Source of the DNA: Candidatus Promineifilaceae bacterium
GTDB taxonomy: Bacteria; Chloroflexota; Anaerolineae; Promineifilales; Promineifilaceae
Length of the DNA stretch: 64,000 nucleotides
Direction: 5' to 3'
NCBI GenBank assembly: GCA_965223395.1
Contig: OZ244996.1
Coordinates: 2,064,876 to 2,128,875, forward strand
Both the position numbers and the translations under genes were made by a program. Shown piece by piece: positions 1 to 11,907 of the stretch (positions are counted from its first letter, which is position 1; each line of letters opens with the position of its first letter). The notes under the pieces are model-generated. The model saw only the letters and a program-made list of their open reading frames with translations, was not told where the DNA came from and searched no databases.

Positions 1-2
1 AA

Positions 3-1040
3 ATGGATGGGCAGGAACAAGGGATTGATGGTGTTCAGGTTGACCTAATAAACCTTGTGGACAATAGTGTGATTTTAACAACGACAACATCTGGTGGCGG
101 ATATTATTTATTCGACAACTTAGACCGCGGCAACTACAAGGTAAGTATTCCTGCTAGCCAATTCCAAACGGGCGGTCTCTTACATGGATTTTACTCTTCG
201 ACAGGTCATGGCAGTGATGAAGATACCAATGACGAACATGAAGATGAAAATGGCATTGATACGACATCGCCAATGACAGATGGTATCACCTCAATTACAG
301 TCACACTATCCTTAACCGATGAACCGATTGGTGAAAATGGTGCAGTGACTGGTTATGCAGACAACAACACTAACTTGAAAATTGATCTTGGTTTGGTACC
401 AACTGTAGCCATTGGCAACTTTGTTTGGGGCGAGAATGATGGAGATGGCATCTTTGAGAGTGCCAACAGTGATGAAGTAGGCATAGGTGGAATTACAGTA
501 GAACTTTACAATGGCTCTGCCACTCCCGGACTTTCTACACCTATCATGACCACGACCACCAATACCGATGGTTATTACCAATTCATTGGCGTGCCAGAAG
601 GCGGGTATAAGGTGGCAATAAAAAATAGCGAAGTTGTTTCATTAGGGCTTGGTTACATGATGCCTAGCAGTTCAAATATTACCTATCTTCCTGAAAGAAC
701 GGATGAAGATGGTCAAGGTTATTACAGTAGCAATAGAACTGGTAATGATGGTAAATTAAATTCCTACGGTTACTCAACAAGCATCAGGTTCAATGCTTTT
801 GTCTTAAGTCAAGATGCCACAACAGCAGGGGTTGATGCAGATACGAGCACGCATCCCGATACGAGCGCTTATATGACAGTGGATTTTGGCTTCGCCCCAG
901 AGAGTGCGCCCACTGCCATCTCATTGCAAACGTTTGGCGCAAACGCCAGCAAAACCAGCATGTTAACCTTCATCTTAGCGGCTATTTTACTCAGCTCAGC
1001 TTCAATTCTCGCCTCGCGCAAGAATCAAATAGACGCTTAA
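3..1040 (+). CDS. Partial (5'-truncated) cell-surface protein with repeated SdrD-B/Cna-B-like beta-sandwich modules and a C-terminal hydrophobic anchor followed by RKN
   Basis: ORF runs from window edge; repeated G(Y/Q)Y-x-F-x-(L/V)-x-G-x-Y-K-V motifs (GGYYLFDNLDRGNYKVSIPA, DGYYQFIGVPEGGYKVAIK) typical of SdrD B / carboxypeptidase-regulatory-like repeats; C-terminus LTFILAAILLSSASILASRKN is a TM helix plus basic tail (sorting-signal-like); region is low GC and lacks the TGCCGGCA palindrome. Confidence 0.5.
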   Translation: MDGQEQGIDGVQVDLINLVDNSVILTTTTSGGGYYLFDNLDRGNYKVSIPASQFQTGGLLHGFYSSTGHGSDEDTNDEHEDENGIDTTSPMTDGITSITVTLSLTDEPIGENGAVTGYADNNTNLKIDLGLVPTVAIGNFVWGENDGDGIFESANSDEVGIGGITVELYNGSATPGLSTPIMTTTTNTDGYYQFIGVPEGGYKVAIKNSEVVSLGLGYMMPSSSNITYLPERTDEDGQGYYSSNRTGNDGKLNSYGYSTSIRFNAFVLSQDATTAGVDADTSTHPDTSAYMTVDFGFAPESAPTAISLQTFGANASKTSMLTFILAAILLSSASILASRKNQIDA

Positions 1041-1066
1041 TTTAGGCTCGAATTTTCCTATACAGG

Positions 1067-1105
1067 CTGGCAGGCGTCGCGGCGTTTGCCAGTCTATTCT
1101 TTTTA
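1067..1105 (+). terminator. Putative intrinsic terminator between convergent genes
   Basis: Imperfect stem ctggcaggcg...cgtttgccag followed by tctattcttttt. Confidence 0.35.
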
Positions 1106-1882
1106 ACGATGAACCAATTTTTGCAACGGTTCATGGAGAGCGGCGCTGCTCGCCAGACAACCATCGTCAGCTAATTGCCAGGGAAAACCCGCCAAATTGC
1201 TCATTTTGCCGCCTGCCTCTTTGATCAGCAATCTGCCGGCAGCCCCATCCCAAGCATACAACCCAAAATTAAAATAGGCGTCAAATCTGCCGGCAGCAAC
1301 CCAAGCCAATCCCAACGCAGCCGACCCTACCGAGCGAGCAGTATGGGTTAAAGGGGTAACTCGATTGACGCTATCCAACAATTGCCGGCGAGTTACTGCC
1401 GAACGACTCCAATCAAACGCCACTACTGACTCATCTAACGACTTTCTAGGACTGCCAAACATTTGCTCTCCATCCCGAAACGCCCCTTTACCCACAGTAG
1501 CGGTAAACATTTCGTCACGCATCGGGTCATATACTGCGCCTACCACCGATTGGTTACTTTGATCTACCACCCCCACCGACACCGAAAAGAGGGGCAACTG
1601 AAAGCTATAATTGCTGGTGCCATCCAACGGGTCGATCACCCATATATAATCGCCGCTTGCCGGCAACGACTCATCATCTTCTTCTGTGAGAAATCCATGC
1701 GTTGGATACCGCTCGCGAATCAAATCGGTCACGATCGTTTGAGCGGCGATATCCGCGTCGGTGACTAAATCTCGAAATCCTTTGGATTGGACAATGCGAG
1801 GTTGCAAAAATAGCTCACGCAAGCGCATGCCAGCGCTTCTCGCCGCCTCTTCCGCCGTATGCAAAAAATCATTAAATTCCAT
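1103..1882 (-). CDS. suhB: Inositol monophosphatase family protein
   Basis: 259 aa; motifs DYIWVIDPLDGTSNY and WDGAAG characteristic of IMPase/FIG superfamily. Confidence 0.85.
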   Translation of the reverse strand: MEFNDFLHTAEEAARSAGMRLRELFLQPRIVQSKGFRDLVTDADIAAQTIVTDLIRERYPTHGFLTEEDDESLPASGDYIWVIDPLDGTSNYSFQLPLFSVSVGVVDQSNQSVVGAVYDPMRDEMFTATVGKGAFRDGEQMFGSPRKSLDESVVAFDWSRSAVTRRQLLDSVNRVTPLTHTARSVGSAALGLAWVAAGRFDAYFNFGLYAWDGAAGRLLIKEAGGKMSNLAGFPWQLADDGCLASSAALHEPLQKLVHR

Positions 1883-1991
1883 ATTCTTTCCACAAAAAAA
1901 CGGGTCAGGCGACTAAACCTGACCCGCTGAATTTAAGCCCTAAGAATAGCTTCCGTTATAAAACGGAAACAAATTCTATAGCAGGCAAACT

Positions 1992-3617
1992 TTACTCAAT
2001 ATCTTCCATCAATTCAGCTTGCTGTTCGTTGGCAAACTCAGTCAGGGCGTCCAATGTCGATTGGATATCCGCCCCTTGCATAATCTCGTTATACGCCTTC
2101 TGCGCTTCGTCCCGCACGGAAGAGTACGAAATCAATTGTGGTTCATATTTGCCAAACTCCAACAAAGCCAACGCCTCGTCATATTGCTCGCGGAATCCTT
2201 CCATGGCAGTGCCAGGAACAAATTCGTCGAGGTGGTCGGCGGTGCCGGCACGGGTGGGGAAATAGGAGCTGATGGTCAACCAGCGGGCTTGGTTCTCCGG
2301 TTGGGTGAACCATTTCGCAAATAACCAGGCAGCCAGCTCTTGCTCAGCCGTTGTTTTGGTGATCATCACATCTGCGCCATACACATTGGCGGTTGGTTCG
2401 CCAGTATACGGAATAGCGGTCACGCCCCAAACATCTGGGTCTGAGCTGCTCTCTTCGGCAAAGGTAGCGATGTCGCCAGCATAGAAGCGCATACCAGAGG
2501 TAGAGCCCTGGGTGAACAGAGCGCGTCGGGCGGCAAACTCAGGGTTAGGAAACCCATCGGTGAAGAAGTAGGCGCAGCCATCGTCCAGCATCCCTTTCAA
2601 GAAGGTCAACGCTTCCACAGTGGCGTCGCCGTTATACACATATCCTTCGCCATCTTCACTCAACACGTCGCCGCCAAAGGCGAATGTCCAAGCTGCTACA
2701 GCCGAGGCGTCGTCACGCAAGATATATCCGCCGGTGCCATCGCCATTCGCTTCCGCAGCGGCGCACGCCATATCGCGGAATTCGTCGGGGCTGGTAGGCG
2801 GATCAGAAAAGCCTAACTCTTCTAACCAAGTTTTGTTGTAATACATCACTTCGATAGAACGATTGGGCGGGAAGCCGAGTCTTTGGTTATCAAAGGAGGT
2901 ATGAATGCCTTGGTTAAAGAAACCAGAGTAGAAATCATCTGCCTCTTCGGCGCTCAAACCCCAATGGTGGTCAAAAATCAAGTCGTCCAAATTAACCAAA
3001 GTATCATTGAGTTGATAAAAAGCTTGGTCATTTTGATAGCCAACCAACAAAGCTGCCGGCAATTCTCCGGCGCCAATGCTGACGTTTACTTTGTCGCGGA
3101 TATCATCGTAACCGCCCTGGTTAATCGCTTCAACAGTGATGCCGCATTCGTTGTCGGCATTAAAATCGGCGACCATTTCCAGCAGCCCTTCTTCGCGGGA
3201 GCCGCTGTGTTGGTGCCACCAGGTAATTTGTTGACCGCTAGGGTCGATGCCGGCATACGCCCCATCTTCAGCGGGAGAGCAGCCGCCCATCATATCATCC
3301 ATGGCGTCGTCAGCAGCGTCGGCAGCGTCGTCCATCGCGTCTTCTGCGGCATCGGCAGCTTCAGCGGCGGTCGTGGCGGCTGCATCGGCAGCTTCCCCAG
3401 CGGCTTCAGCAGCTTCGGCAGCGGCAGTAGCGGCGGCATCTACGGCTTCGGCGGCGGCGTCAGCGGCAGAATCAGCAGCGTCCGCAGCGGCGTCGGCAGC
3501 CGTATCGGCGGCAGTAGCCACAGCGTCAGCAGCGTCTTCAGCGGTCGATGTACACGCCGCTAAAACCAAAATCATCAGCGCCGCGATGAGAGTCAATAGT
3601 GACTTTCTCGTTTTCAT
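1992..3617 (-). CDS. ABC transporter extracellular solute-binding lipoprotein (family 1, sugar-type) with long Ala/Asp-rich tether
   Basis: Start at ATG 3617 preceded by AGGAGAAG; signal peptide + lipobox LAAC; approx 90 aa low-complexity (A/D/E/T) linker then SBP_bac_1-like domain; first gene downstream of two permeases. Confidence 0.75.
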   Translation of the reverse strand: MKTRKSLLTLIAALMILVLAACTSTAEDAADAVATAADTAADAAADAADSAADAAAEAVDAAATAAAEAAEAAGEAADAAATTAAEAADAAEDAMDDAADAADDAMDDMMGGCSPAEDGAYAGIDPSGQQITWWHQHSGSREEGLLEMVADFNADNECGITVEAINQGGYDDIRDKVNVSIGAGELPAALLVGYQNDQAFYQLNDTLVNLDDLIFDHHWGLSAEEADDFYSGFFNQGIHTSFDNQRLGFPPNRSIEVMYYNKTWLEELGFSDPPTSPDEFRDMACAAAEANGDGTGGYILRDDASAVAAWTFAFGGDVLSEDGEGYVYNGDATVEALTFLKGMLDDGCAYFFTDGFPNPEFAARRALFTQGSTSGMRFYAGDIATFAEESSSDPDVWGVTAIPYTGEPTANVYGADVMITKTTAEQELAAWLFAKWFTQPENQARWLTISSYFPTRAGTADHLDEFVPGTAMEGFREQYDEALALLEFGKYEPQLISYSSVRDEAQKAYNEIMQGADIQSTLDALTEFANEQQAELMEDIE

Positions 3618-3864
3618 AATCAATTCTTCTCCTAAAAAGTATCTTTTCATTATTTGTAACATTAAAAGTTATTTTAATCTCGACTTTCAACACAATAACA
3701 TCAATTGCTCTAGTTGCACCACCTCCTTATTTGAGTAGCGTATAAATTTTTTGATATGGCTATTATGCCGGCATTTCAGCCACAACCCAACGCCATAGCA
3801 ATGTTGCCGGCAATGGAAAACTCCTGAGTCAATATCATGAGAACCATATCAAAATAATGTTAAA

Positions 3865-4758
3865 TTATCCCTTCAGTCCCGAAGTAGCGATTCCTTCGGT
3901 AAATTGCTTTTGTGTAAAGAAATATACCACCAAAATAGGCAAAATTGTGATCACTGCGCCAGCCATTTGCAAATGAAAATCAGAGCCAGCCTCGTCTAAA
4001 AAGGCTAACATCCCATAAGAAATAACCCGCCAATCTGGCGATGTGGTCACCAAAATGGGCCAAGCCAACGCATTCCAAGAGCCGACAAAGCCGAACAAAA
4101 TAATGGTGACTAGCGGCGCCCTGGACAATGGCACCATAATTCGCCACAAATAGCGTAAATGTCCAGCCCCATCAATTTGCGCTGAATCCCATAGTTCCTT
4201 AGGAATTTGCATAAAAAATTGGCGCAGCAAAAAGATATTAAATGCGCTCGCCATAAAAGGAATAGTTAAAGCGGGCCAATTATCAATCCATTTAACGGGA
4301 CCTATTTGCCCCAACCAAGAAACGGTGATGAAATTTGGCACCCAGGTAATTGCCTCAGGCAACAGTAAGGTAGACAAAACCAAGCCAAACAAAAAATTTT
4401 TGCCCGGAAACTCTAACATGGCAAAGGCATATGCCGCCAACGTACAAAAGACAACTTGACCTACCAAAATCAAGGCAGTCACTTTGACGGTATTCCAAAA
4501 ATAGAGCGAAAATTTCGCTTCGTTCCACGCCTCGGCGTAATTGCCCCACTGGGGAATTCTGGGCAGAAAGGCGCCGCCAGTCGCCTCTGTTAAATTCATC
4601 AAAGAGACGCTAATAGTGTATAAAAAAGGCACCAGCGCCACTACCGCTCCAACAATCAAGAAGATATATGCGATTATCCGCCCGATATCATATCGTTGAG
4701 CGTCGGGATGTTCCGTTGTGGCTCTATCTTGTCGATTAAGCGTAATTGAATCAGCCAT
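3865..4758 (-). CDS. Carbohydrate ABC transporter permease (MalG-like)
   Basis: 297 aa, 6 TM, EAA-loop motif [21 protein letters not shown]. Confidence 0.85.
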   Translation of the reverse strand: MADSITLNRQDRATTEHPDAQRYDIGRIIAYIFLIVGAVVALVPFLYTISVSLMNLTEATGGAFLPRIPQWGNYAEAWNEAKFSLYFWNTVKVTALILVGQVVFCTLAAYAFAMLEFPGKNFLFGLVLSTLLLPEAITWVPNFITVSWLGQIGPVKWIDNWPALTIPFMASAFNIFLLRQFFMQIPKELWDSAQIDGAGHLRYLWRIMVPLSRAPLVTIILFGFVGSWNALAWPILVTTSPDWRVISYGMLAFLDEAGSDFHLQMAGAVITILPILVVYFFTQKQFTEGIATSGLKG

Positions 4759-6466
4759 AAAATACCCTATCTTTCGCCAAGCGATTATTAATGGTGGTCA
4801 ATATGATGATGATCAGCAGCAGCAAAATAGCCAATGCCGAAGCGTACCCATACCGATTTTCGCGGTTAAACGCCTGAAAAATAACGACGCTGGCGGTATC
4901 GGTAGTGCCCAGCGCCGCCCCCAACCGCATCACATAAATGCGATTAAACGCCTTAAAAGTGCCGATCACCGCCAGAAGCATCAAAAAATAGATGGTAGGA
5001 GACAATAAGGGCAACGTCACATTTCGGAATTGTTCCCATCTGCCAGCCCCATCGATAGACGCCGCTTCGTATAACTCTTTTGAAATTGAGCCAAGCCCTG
5101 CCATAAAGATCACCATATCAAAGCCGACATATGTCCACACGTTGTATAAAACAATGACAATCAAAGCCAAACTGGGACCAGCTAACAAGATCGGCAAATC
5201 TTGTCCAGTCAACAATTCAAAGATGCCGCGAGGCTCGTTTAACCAACCTAAGGCATCAAAACCCAGGCTAGTCAATATCGTGTTGATGGGACCGCCTGAG
5301 CGTCCAGAAAAGATGATGCGAAAAGCGGCGGCTGTGCCGACCAATGGGGCGATGTAGGGCAAGAAGTAAATCATGCGGAATGCCGTTTTGCCAACGATAT
5401 CTTGAAAGAGGATGGTGGCTAAGGTGAGCGATAGTATAAATTGCATGGGGATAGTCAGCGCGGCAAAAAAGACGGTAGCCAATAATCCTTCCCACCAATC
5501 TTGGTTGCCAGAACCAATCGCTGCCGGCAATTCCCCAATCAATACCCAGGCTCCCACTGCCAATGCCGCCGCCCCCCCCAACCGCCAAAAGGTTTTGCTG
5601 TTGGAATCTCTGTTTGCGGCACTTTTCCACAAAAACCAAGAGAGCAATAACAGCAAAATGCCGGCGCTAATTACCAGCACTTGCGTCCAAATATCTAATG
5701 TCTCTCCCTCTGCCAATGCCTCGGCAATAGCCCGATTGACCTCAGAAAAAGTAAACCATGCCAAAAAACCCGCCCCGATTAAGTAGAGCCAAAATTGGAA
5801 AGCGTTGGCATAGTAATCGTCATTGCGCGGGCTGCGGGACGCGCCTCGGCTCAGGTAAAAGTAAGCGACTATTGCAGCCACCGCCAATACGGCTATCGCT
5901 AGCCAAAAGCTAGATTGTATTTCAGGCAATCGCCAAACCTCGCCTAAATACCCGATAAACAACTGCTGAGTCATCGCCGTGCCCCTAGGCAATTTCTCCG
6001 GTATGGTGAGCAAATTGGGCAAAGATGTAAAGACAAACCGAAGCAGCAAGGCTATGGCAATCGCTATTATCAAGCCCGGAAGCAGCCAAATCGTGCTGTT
6101 TTCATTGTATTTGGCGGATAGTTCACGACTTGCGCGAATTTTTTGAATTGCCAAGTAAACCAATACCACAGCGATCCAAAATCCCAACACGTAGGTCAAA
6201 TTATCGATGGCGCGGACATAGTTGCTTAAACCATCGTAACGCCCCACAATTTTGTTTAAGCCCCGCAAGGTGCTTTCGTAGGTAGTAAAGATTAAGGGGA
6301 AAAGCCCAAAGGTAAAGATGATGAGAAATGCCGGCAGCAAAAAGGCGTACGCTAATAACGTTTCCCGTAATCGACGCCCCTGTTTGCCAGAGAAAATGCC
6401 GGCAAACCCGCCTTTCGCAACGCCGTGCGCCGGCTCACTTCCGGTTGAAATTGCCGTGTCGCTCAT
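4751..6466 (-). CDS. Carbohydrate ABC transporter permease (MalF-like, extended N-terminal membrane region)
   Basis: 571 aa multi-TM, EAA motif [21 protein letters not shown]; GGAGGG RBS before ATG at 6466; 8-nt overlap with next permease. Confidence 0.85.
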   Translation of the reverse strand: MSDTAISTGSEPAHGVAKGGFAGIFSGKQGRRLRETLLAYAFLLPAFLIIFTFGLFPLIFTTYESTLRGLNKIVGRYDGLSNYVRAIDNLTYVLGFWIAVVLVYLAIQKIRASRELSAKYNENSTIWLLPGLIIAIAIALLLRFVFTSLPNLLTIPEKLPRGTAMTQQLFIGYLGEVWRLPEIQSSFWLAIAVLAVAAIVAYFYLSRGASRSPRNDDYYANAFQFWLYLIGAGFLAWFTFSEVNRAIAEALAEGETLDIWTQVLVISAGILLLLLSWFLWKSAANRDSNSKTFWRLGGAAALAVGAWVLIGELPAAIGSGNQDWWEGLLATVFFAALTIPMQFILSLTLATILFQDIVGKTAFRMIYFLPYIAPLVGTAAAFRIIFSGRSGGPINTILTSLGFDALGWLNEPRGIFELLTGQDLPILLAGPSLALIVIVLYNVWTYVGFDMVIFMAGLGSISKELYEAASIDGAGRWEQFRNVTLPLLSPTIYFLMLLAVIGTFKAFNRIYVMRLGAALGTTDTASVVIFQAFNRENRYGYASALAILLLLIIIILTTINNRLAKDRVFYG

Positions 6467-6631
6467 AAATCGCTAACCCTCCTAATGACGTTCCTCGCGG
6501 TAAGCTGCCAAATGTCGTCTACCGAAAGGAACTTTTTCGATCGCCTTCATTTTGAAACTTCGTCTTGACGCTTCATCTTGAAACTTCATCCCCACAGCAA
6601 GCTACGGGGCATTCGGCAAGCGGAATGAAAA

Positions 6632-6672
6632 AACCCTCTCGTTTGAAAATCGTAAGAGGGTTTAAATAGGTA
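6632..6672 (-). terminator. Intrinsic terminator (minus strand)
   Basis: On minus strand AAACCCTCT-tacgattttcaaacg-AGAGGGTTT followed by TTTTTCATTCC; 9-bp perfect stem. Confidence 0.5.
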
Positions 6673-6872
6673 TGCGCTCATCGCTATCATTACAATGGAA
6701 CTGAAAGGATATAAAAAGCAATTGCATCGACATAAATGATGGCGTTATCTTTCTTTTTGTCCTGCTTACCTGCATTTGCATTCTCATCGCGTATGACAGT
6801 GTACGCCTAAAAATTATAACATGGGAATCAATGGTCGCAATAGAGTCGCCCGAATTGATGATTAACGATTTA

Positions 6873-7775
6873 TTAAGAACGATTTAATTGTTGGTCTATC
6901 AACTTTCTCAAACCAGCAGATAAATCTTGTGTCGATAACCAACCAATCAGTTTCGCAGTCCGTTCAGCGTCTGCCTGTTGCAAATCGGGGTCGCCAGGGC
7001 GATTGGGCAATTTGCCGGGCAATGGCGCTCCACCCCGCCCGACAATTTGGTAAACTTTTTGGGCTACGTCCAACAAAGAAACGGCGACGCCAGTTCCAAT
7101 ATCCACGCTCATGCCGGCATCTAAATCGGTGTCGATCATGCTCGTCAATCCCGCTGCCACATCGGCGGCAAAAATCCAATCTCGCTTTTGACCGCCGCTA
7201 CTCATCGGGAAATTATCCCCTGCCAACGCAGCAGCTATGGCTGACGGAACAAATGCATTGCCTGGCTGTCCTTCGCCATACGCCTGAAAAATCATCCCGC
7301 CATGAATTCGCCAATCATAAGTTCTGGCATACATCTGACAATAACTCCAAGCTGCCGCTTTGCTGGCGGCATACACATTCATCGGACTTAATTCGCCCGG
7401 GGTTCGCGCCACAATCGCCTGCTGGCATTCTCCGCCCCCAAAACATGCTCGCAATAGATTGATCGTCCCAGCCAAATTGTGACGATTGGCGCGGGATGCC
7501 GGCAAAAATGGCTCTGTCGCCCCTGCCGCTGCCAAATGAACCACTATCTGGGGAGACGCTTGGCGGATGGCTCGTTTGGTTTGAGAGAAATGGCGTAAAT
7601 CGGCGTAAACTAGCTCAACTTTCGCTCGTAAGGGGCGCAGCGGCGCCGGCAATTGCTTACCAACCCCATACCGCTCAGACGCCAAGATCGTTACGTTATA
7701 CCCCGCCTCAACCAACTGTGAAACCAAATATCCGCCAATAAAGCCTGTGCCGCCAGTCACCAATATTTTTTTCAT
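6873..7775 (-). CDS. NAD-dependent epimerase/dehydratase family protein
   Basis: Likely start MKKILVTGGTGFIGGYLV (Rossmann GxxGxxG) at 7775; ORF track extends to 7877 but extension covers a hairpin and lacks RBS. Confidence 0.75.
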   Translation of the reverse strand: MKKILVTGGTGFIGGYLVSQLVEAGYNVTILASERYGVGKQLPAPLRPLRAKVELVYADLRHFSQTKRAIRQASPQIVVHLAAAGATEPFLPASRANRHNLAGTINLLRACFGGGECQQAIVARTPGELSPMNVYAASKAAAWSYCQMYARTYDWRIHGGMIFQAYGEGQPGNAFVPSAIAAALAGDNFPMSSGGQKRDWIFAADVAAGLTSMIDTDLDAGMSVDIGTGVAVSLLDVAQKVYQIVGRGGAPLPGKLPNRPGDPDLQQADAERTAKLIGWLSTQDLSAGLRKLIDQQLNRS

Positions 7776-8106
7776 CTTCGTGGAAACAAAAAGTGGTTCC
7801 GCTAGAAAACTAACGGAACCACCGGGAGCCATTGCGTGATACCTTCGGCGGGCGCCTAGGGCATCACAGGGAGCCATTTGTTGAGGTGAACCTAATCGGG
7901 CGATTAGGCTAATTCACCTCGGGGGGAGCCATGCCCAGAATGATAACAATTTTTTTTTCAATGTCAATAACAAAACCTTAAAAAACTATGAATTGGAACA
8001 AGTTTTGCGCTTTTTCACACAATTCTACGCCGTAAATCAACAGATTTTACAATTTTGAAGCTATGGCTGAATAAATTTCCAATCAACCTCATAGAGTGGG
8101 CATCAT

Positions 8107-8931
8107 CTATGAAAAATGGCGCAAAATGAAGTCTACAGATTCTTCCAAACTCATTTCTCCCGCAACGACCATTTGCCGGCATTGCCGCTCCCAAGCAAAT
8201 ATCACGGTCTGCGATAGTTGTAATTCCCGCAAAATAAGGCGGACAATCTGTCCCCCATCCGCCAAATAACCAGAATCTTCAAACCCTTTTTCAGCGGCGG
8301 CACGATCATACGGCAATCGAACGATACGAGCTTCCCATTGGTCGTGGCGCCATTCCAGTTGAGCGTAAGCCGCCCGCCAGTCGCTGTCAAACGGCAACCC
8401 CACCGCTCCACTATTAACCACAAGCGAGCCATTGAGCCGGCGCATTAAGGGGCGATGAGTGTGCCCTACTAAAAACAGCGCTGGCGGTTGTCCCATCAAC
8501 GCCTTGATCTGCTCATCAGTAGAGAATGGATAGATGCCGGAGCGGTTGCTCTGCATAGATGCATGGGTCACCCTAATTTCGCCCCCATCTGGCGCCGCCA
8601 GGGTGACCAATGCCGGCAACTCGGCTAAATCGTCAATATGGTCACCTAAATCATCACATGTCCAATAACAATGGCGATTAATTTCAAATGACAATTCATC
8701 TTGAATTTCGGTTGAGGCTGCTGTTTCCAACACATATGCTTCATGGTTGCCTTCAATGATTTGCCATCTTCGGTCAAGTAACAATTGAAGGCAGGCGCGA
8801 GAAAATGGACCGCGATTAACCACATCCCCATTGACCACAACCTGATCTGGCTGCCACTTTTCGATATCATCCAAAACAGCGCGTAATGCCGGCAAATTGC
8901 CGTGAATGTCGGAGAGAACTGCTAATTTCAT
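8107..8931 (-). CDS. Metallophosphoesterase (calcineurin-like phosphoesterase superfamily)
   Basis: MKLAVLSDIHGN, GDVVNRGP, GNHE motifs. Confidence 0.8.
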   Translation of the reverse strand: MKLAVLSDIHGNLPALRAVLDDIEKWQPDQVVVNGDVVNRGPFSRACLQLLLDRRWQIIEGNHEAYVLETAASTEIQDELSFEINRHCYWTCDDLGDHIDDLAELPALVTLAAPDGGEIRVTHASMQSNRSGIYPFSTDEQIKALMGQPPALFLVGHTHRPLMRRLNGSLVVNSGAVGLPFDSDWRAAYAQLEWRHDQWEARIVRLPYDRAAAEKGFEDSGYLADGGQIVRLILRELQLSQTVIFAWERQCRQMVVAGEMSLEESVDFILRHFS

Positions 8932-9060
8932 AAGCGAAGGATGTTACAGAGAGGGGCAATATGTGTCAAGAAAAAAGGCGACCTCCGGACAAAACCGGAG
9001 GTCGCCTATGCATCGTCGCCGACTGAATATGATTATTCAGCCTACGTCAGGAAAACGACG

Positions 9061-9312
9061 TTATGCGCTTTTGTGAATGATTATTTCTTCGTCATCGAAA
9101 CTATTGTATTTGGCGTCTCCCAAATCTTCTTTTGGCATAAAGAGAGCCAATGCCAAGTATATCAAAGCCGCTTTGCCGGCAGAAGCCATTATCAGGACGG
9201 CAAAGAGGATTCGGACGACCACCGGATCGATATTCATCGCTCGCCCGATGCCGGCAGCCACTCCCAAGAAAAGGCGGTCATCCTCCCGACGAACCAATCT
9301 TTTTTCACTCAT
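9061..9312 (-). CDS. PspC-domain protein
   Basis: 83 aa; RLVRREDDRLFLGVAAGIGRAMNIDPVVVRILFAVL matches PspC N-terminal domain + TM. Confidence 0.7.
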   Translation of the reverse strand: MSEKRLVRREDDRLFLGVAAGIGRAMNIDPVVVRILFAVLIMASAGKAALIYLALALFMPKEDLGDAKYNSFDDEEIIIHKSA

Positions 9313-9393
9313 TTCAAAATCTCCTTGTCAACATAATTTCTCATTTATGCACACCTTTACGGAGATGAATTAGAAAGGTTGCGAAATTAACAG

Positions 9394-10659
9394 TTACGGG
9401 CGGATATGTCCGTCTCCCAAGCATACCCATTTATAACTGGTCAACTCTTCTAATCCCATTGGACCTCTAGCGTGGAGTTTTTGGGTGCTGACCGCCACCT
9501 CCGCACCCAGACCAAATTGCCCGCCGTCATTAAAGCGGGTGCTGGCATTGACGAACAATGCAGACGAGGTCAGCTCATCCACAAAGCGGGTGGCGTTGTC
9601 AACGTTTTTGGTCAAAATCGCCTCGGAATGTTCGGTACTGTGGGCGTGAATGTGGTCTATCGCTTCGTCTAATCCAGCGACGAGTTTGACGCCCAGCGTC
9701 AACGAAAGCCATTCCTGATCAAAATCTTCGTCCCCTGCCGGCAATACCGTTGCCCCGTGTCCATTTTGGCTGAGGATTTGGTAAGCGGGCGGCGCAGCTC
9801 GCAGTTCCACCCCAGATTGAGCCAACCGTTGGGCAATTGCCGGCAGCGCCGCCATCGCCACTTTCTCATGAACCAGCAACGTATCTAGCGCATTGCAAAC
9901 GGAAGGTCGTTGCACCTTGCTATTTTCCACAATATCAACCGCTTGCTCTAAATCGGCGCTTTCATCTAGGAAAATGTGGCAAATGCCGATACCCCCGGTA
10001 ATGACCGGAATCGATCCCTCCTCCCGGCACAGTTGATGCAGACGGTTGCCGCCCCGCGGGATGATCATATCAACATATTGATCAAGCCGAAGCAATTGGC
10101 GCACCAACTCCCGATTTGGATCGGAGATATATTGAACTGACGCCATAGGCAAAGAGGTTTTCTCTAAAGCGGCGTGAATCACATTGACCAAAGCCAAATT
10201 GCTGCGAAGCGTTTCGCTGCCGCCCCGCAAAATAACGGCATTGCCCGTTTTTAGGCATAAGCCAGCGATGTCAATCGTCACATTGGGACGCGCTTCGTAG
10301 ATAGCGCCAATCACGCCAATGGGAATTCGTCGTTTAGACAGCCGCAATCCGTTTGGCATCAATCGCCCGTTGAGCTCCATCCCAATCGGGTCGGGTAAGG
10401 CAGCGACTTTACGACAATCATCCGCCAAACTCGCCAAACGCGCTTCGCTTAACAGCAACCGATCTAAATTGGCGTCGCTTAACTGTTTATTGCGCCCATC
10501 CTCAATATCTTTGCCGTTTTCCGCCAAAATAAGAGCGGCGTTGTTTTCTAACTCGTCTGCGATTTGCAGCAACGCCTCATCTTTTTTTTCCGTGGAAAGG
10601 GTCGCCAACGCTCGGCTGGCGGCTTTGCCCGCTTTTCCCATTTGAATTAAATCGATCAT
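9394..10659 (-). CDS. proA: Gamma-glutamyl phosphate reductase
   Basis: 421 aa aldehyde-dehydrogenase fold with typical ProA sequence (IPRGG, catalytic Cys context [11 protein letters not shown]); follows proB. Confidence 0.9.
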   Translation of the reverse strand: MIDLIQMGKAGKAASRALATLSTEKKDEALLQIADELENNAALILAENGKDIEDGRNKQLSDANLDRLLLSEARLASLADDCRKVAALPDPIGMELNGRLMPNGLRLSKRRIPIGVIGAIYEARPNVTIDIAGLCLKTGNAVILRGGSETLRSNLALVNVIHAALEKTSLPMASVQYISDPNRELVRQLLRLDQYVDMIIPRGGNRLHQLCREEGSIPVITGGIGICHIFLDESADLEQAVDIVENSKVQRPSVCNALDTLLVHEKVAMAALPAIAQRLAQSGVELRAAPPAYQILSQNGHGATVLPAGDEDFDQEWLSLTLGVKLVAGLDEAIDHIHAHSTEHSEAILTKNVDNATRFVDELTSSALFVNASTRFNDGGQFGLGAEVAVSTQKLHARGPMGLEELTSYKWVCLGDGHIRP

Positions 10660-10666
10660 TTTACCC

Positions 10667-11767
10667 TCACAACAAAATCAAATCGTTTCGATGAACAGCG
10701 ACAGCGCCATAATCATACCCTAAAATGTCATCGATTTGGTTTGAACGCTTGCCGGCAAGCTTAGCCAAATCGCTACTATTATAACGGACAATTCCCCTGG
10801 CGAGCGGCGAACGATTTAAAGTTTGAATCCGTATAATATCTCCCCGCTCAAAATCGCCTACCACCTTAGCGATGCCGGCAGGCAGCAAACTCTTTCCTTT
10901 CTGACGCAACGCAATCGCCGCCCCATCGTCAATGGTCACATATCCTGCCGGCATTTTGCTGGTGAGCAGCCATTTTTTGCGGGATTCAACCGGCGTCTCT
11001 ATCGCCGGAAAACGGGTGCCTAACGATTCCCCTGCCACCGCTCGGACGATTACATTAGGGGCGCTGCCAGCGGCGATGATCACATCAGCCCCCGCCCGTC
11101 GCGCCATATCTGCCGCTTGTAATTTGGTCGCCATTCCGCCCACTCCTAATCCACTCACGCTGTCGCCTGCCAGGGCTCGTAATCCGTCGTCTATTTTGGC
11201 TACTTCAGGTATCAATTGGGCGTCGGAGTTTGAGCGGGGGTCGGCGGTATACAAACCCGGCTGATCGGTCAATAACAACAACAAATCAGCCCCGGCTAAA
11301 ATCGTCGCCATTGCCGACAAATTATCATTATCTCCCACTTTGATCTCTTCGGTCGCCACAGCGTCGTTCTCGTTGATGATGGGCACAATGCGCCGGTTTA
11401 GCAAAGCTCGCAATGTATCTCTAGCGTTTAAATAGCTGGTGCGGCTTTCGATATCCGCCCTGGTCAATAAAATCTGCCCGACATGAATGTTGTACAGATC
11501 GAACAGACTTTCCCACACCATCATCAATCGGCTTTGCCCCACCGCCGCTAGAAGTTGTTTGTTGGCGACAGTTGCCGGCAAATCTGGGAATCCCAACCTT
11601 TCTCGTCCGGCGGCAATCGCCCCAGAGGTGCAAATGATCAGCTCTTTGTCGTCCGCATACAGTTCGGCGCATTGTCGAGTCAGCTCTACCATATGGGGGC
11701 GAGCAAGTTGGTCGCTGCCTCCGGTCAGGACGCTGGTGCCTAATTTGATGACGATTCTTCGGTGCAT
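10667..11767 (-). CDS. proB: Glutamate 5-kinase with PUA domain
   Basis: 366 aa; [11 protein letters not shown] amino-acid-kinase N-term, C-terminal PUA-like region; adjacent to proA. Confidence 0.9.
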   Translation of the reverse strand: MHRRIVIKLGTSVLTGGSDQLARPHMVELTRQCAELYADDKELIICTSGAIAAGRERLGFPDLPATVANKQLLAAVGQSRLMMVWESLFDLYNIHVGQILLTRADIESRTSYLNARDTLRALLNRRIVPIINENDAVATEEIKVGDNDNLSAMATILAGADLLLLLTDQPGLYTADPRSNSDAQLIPEVAKIDDGLRALAGDSVSGLGVGGMATKLQAADMARRAGADVIIAAGSAPNVIVRAVAGESLGTRFPAIETPVESRKKWLLTSKMPAGYVTIDDGAAIALRQKGKSLLPAGIAKVVGDFERGDIIRIQTLNRSPLARGIVRYNSSDLAKLAGKRSNQIDDILGYDYGAVAVHRNDLILL

Positions 11768-11907
11768 AATAAACGTTTGCTTCCAGATTGGTTTTTACGG
11801 TGGGTAGATTATAATTGCCGAGGTTAAGTGACGCGAATTTCTACTCACTTTATATTTGCCTCAGCGTCCGATATGATGAAATTAAATTAGTCAAGGAGAA
11901 ATGTGGT

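Noticed and set aside
3247-3738. 163-aa plus-strand ORF rich in Ala/Ser repeats
   Set aside because: Antisense shadow of the low-complexity Ala/Asp linker of the SBP gene; no independent start signals.
7776-7877. N-terminal extension of the epimerase ORF
   Set aside because: Covers an intergenic hairpin (gaggtgaa...ttcacctc); the Rossmann motif begins right after the internal Met at 7775.
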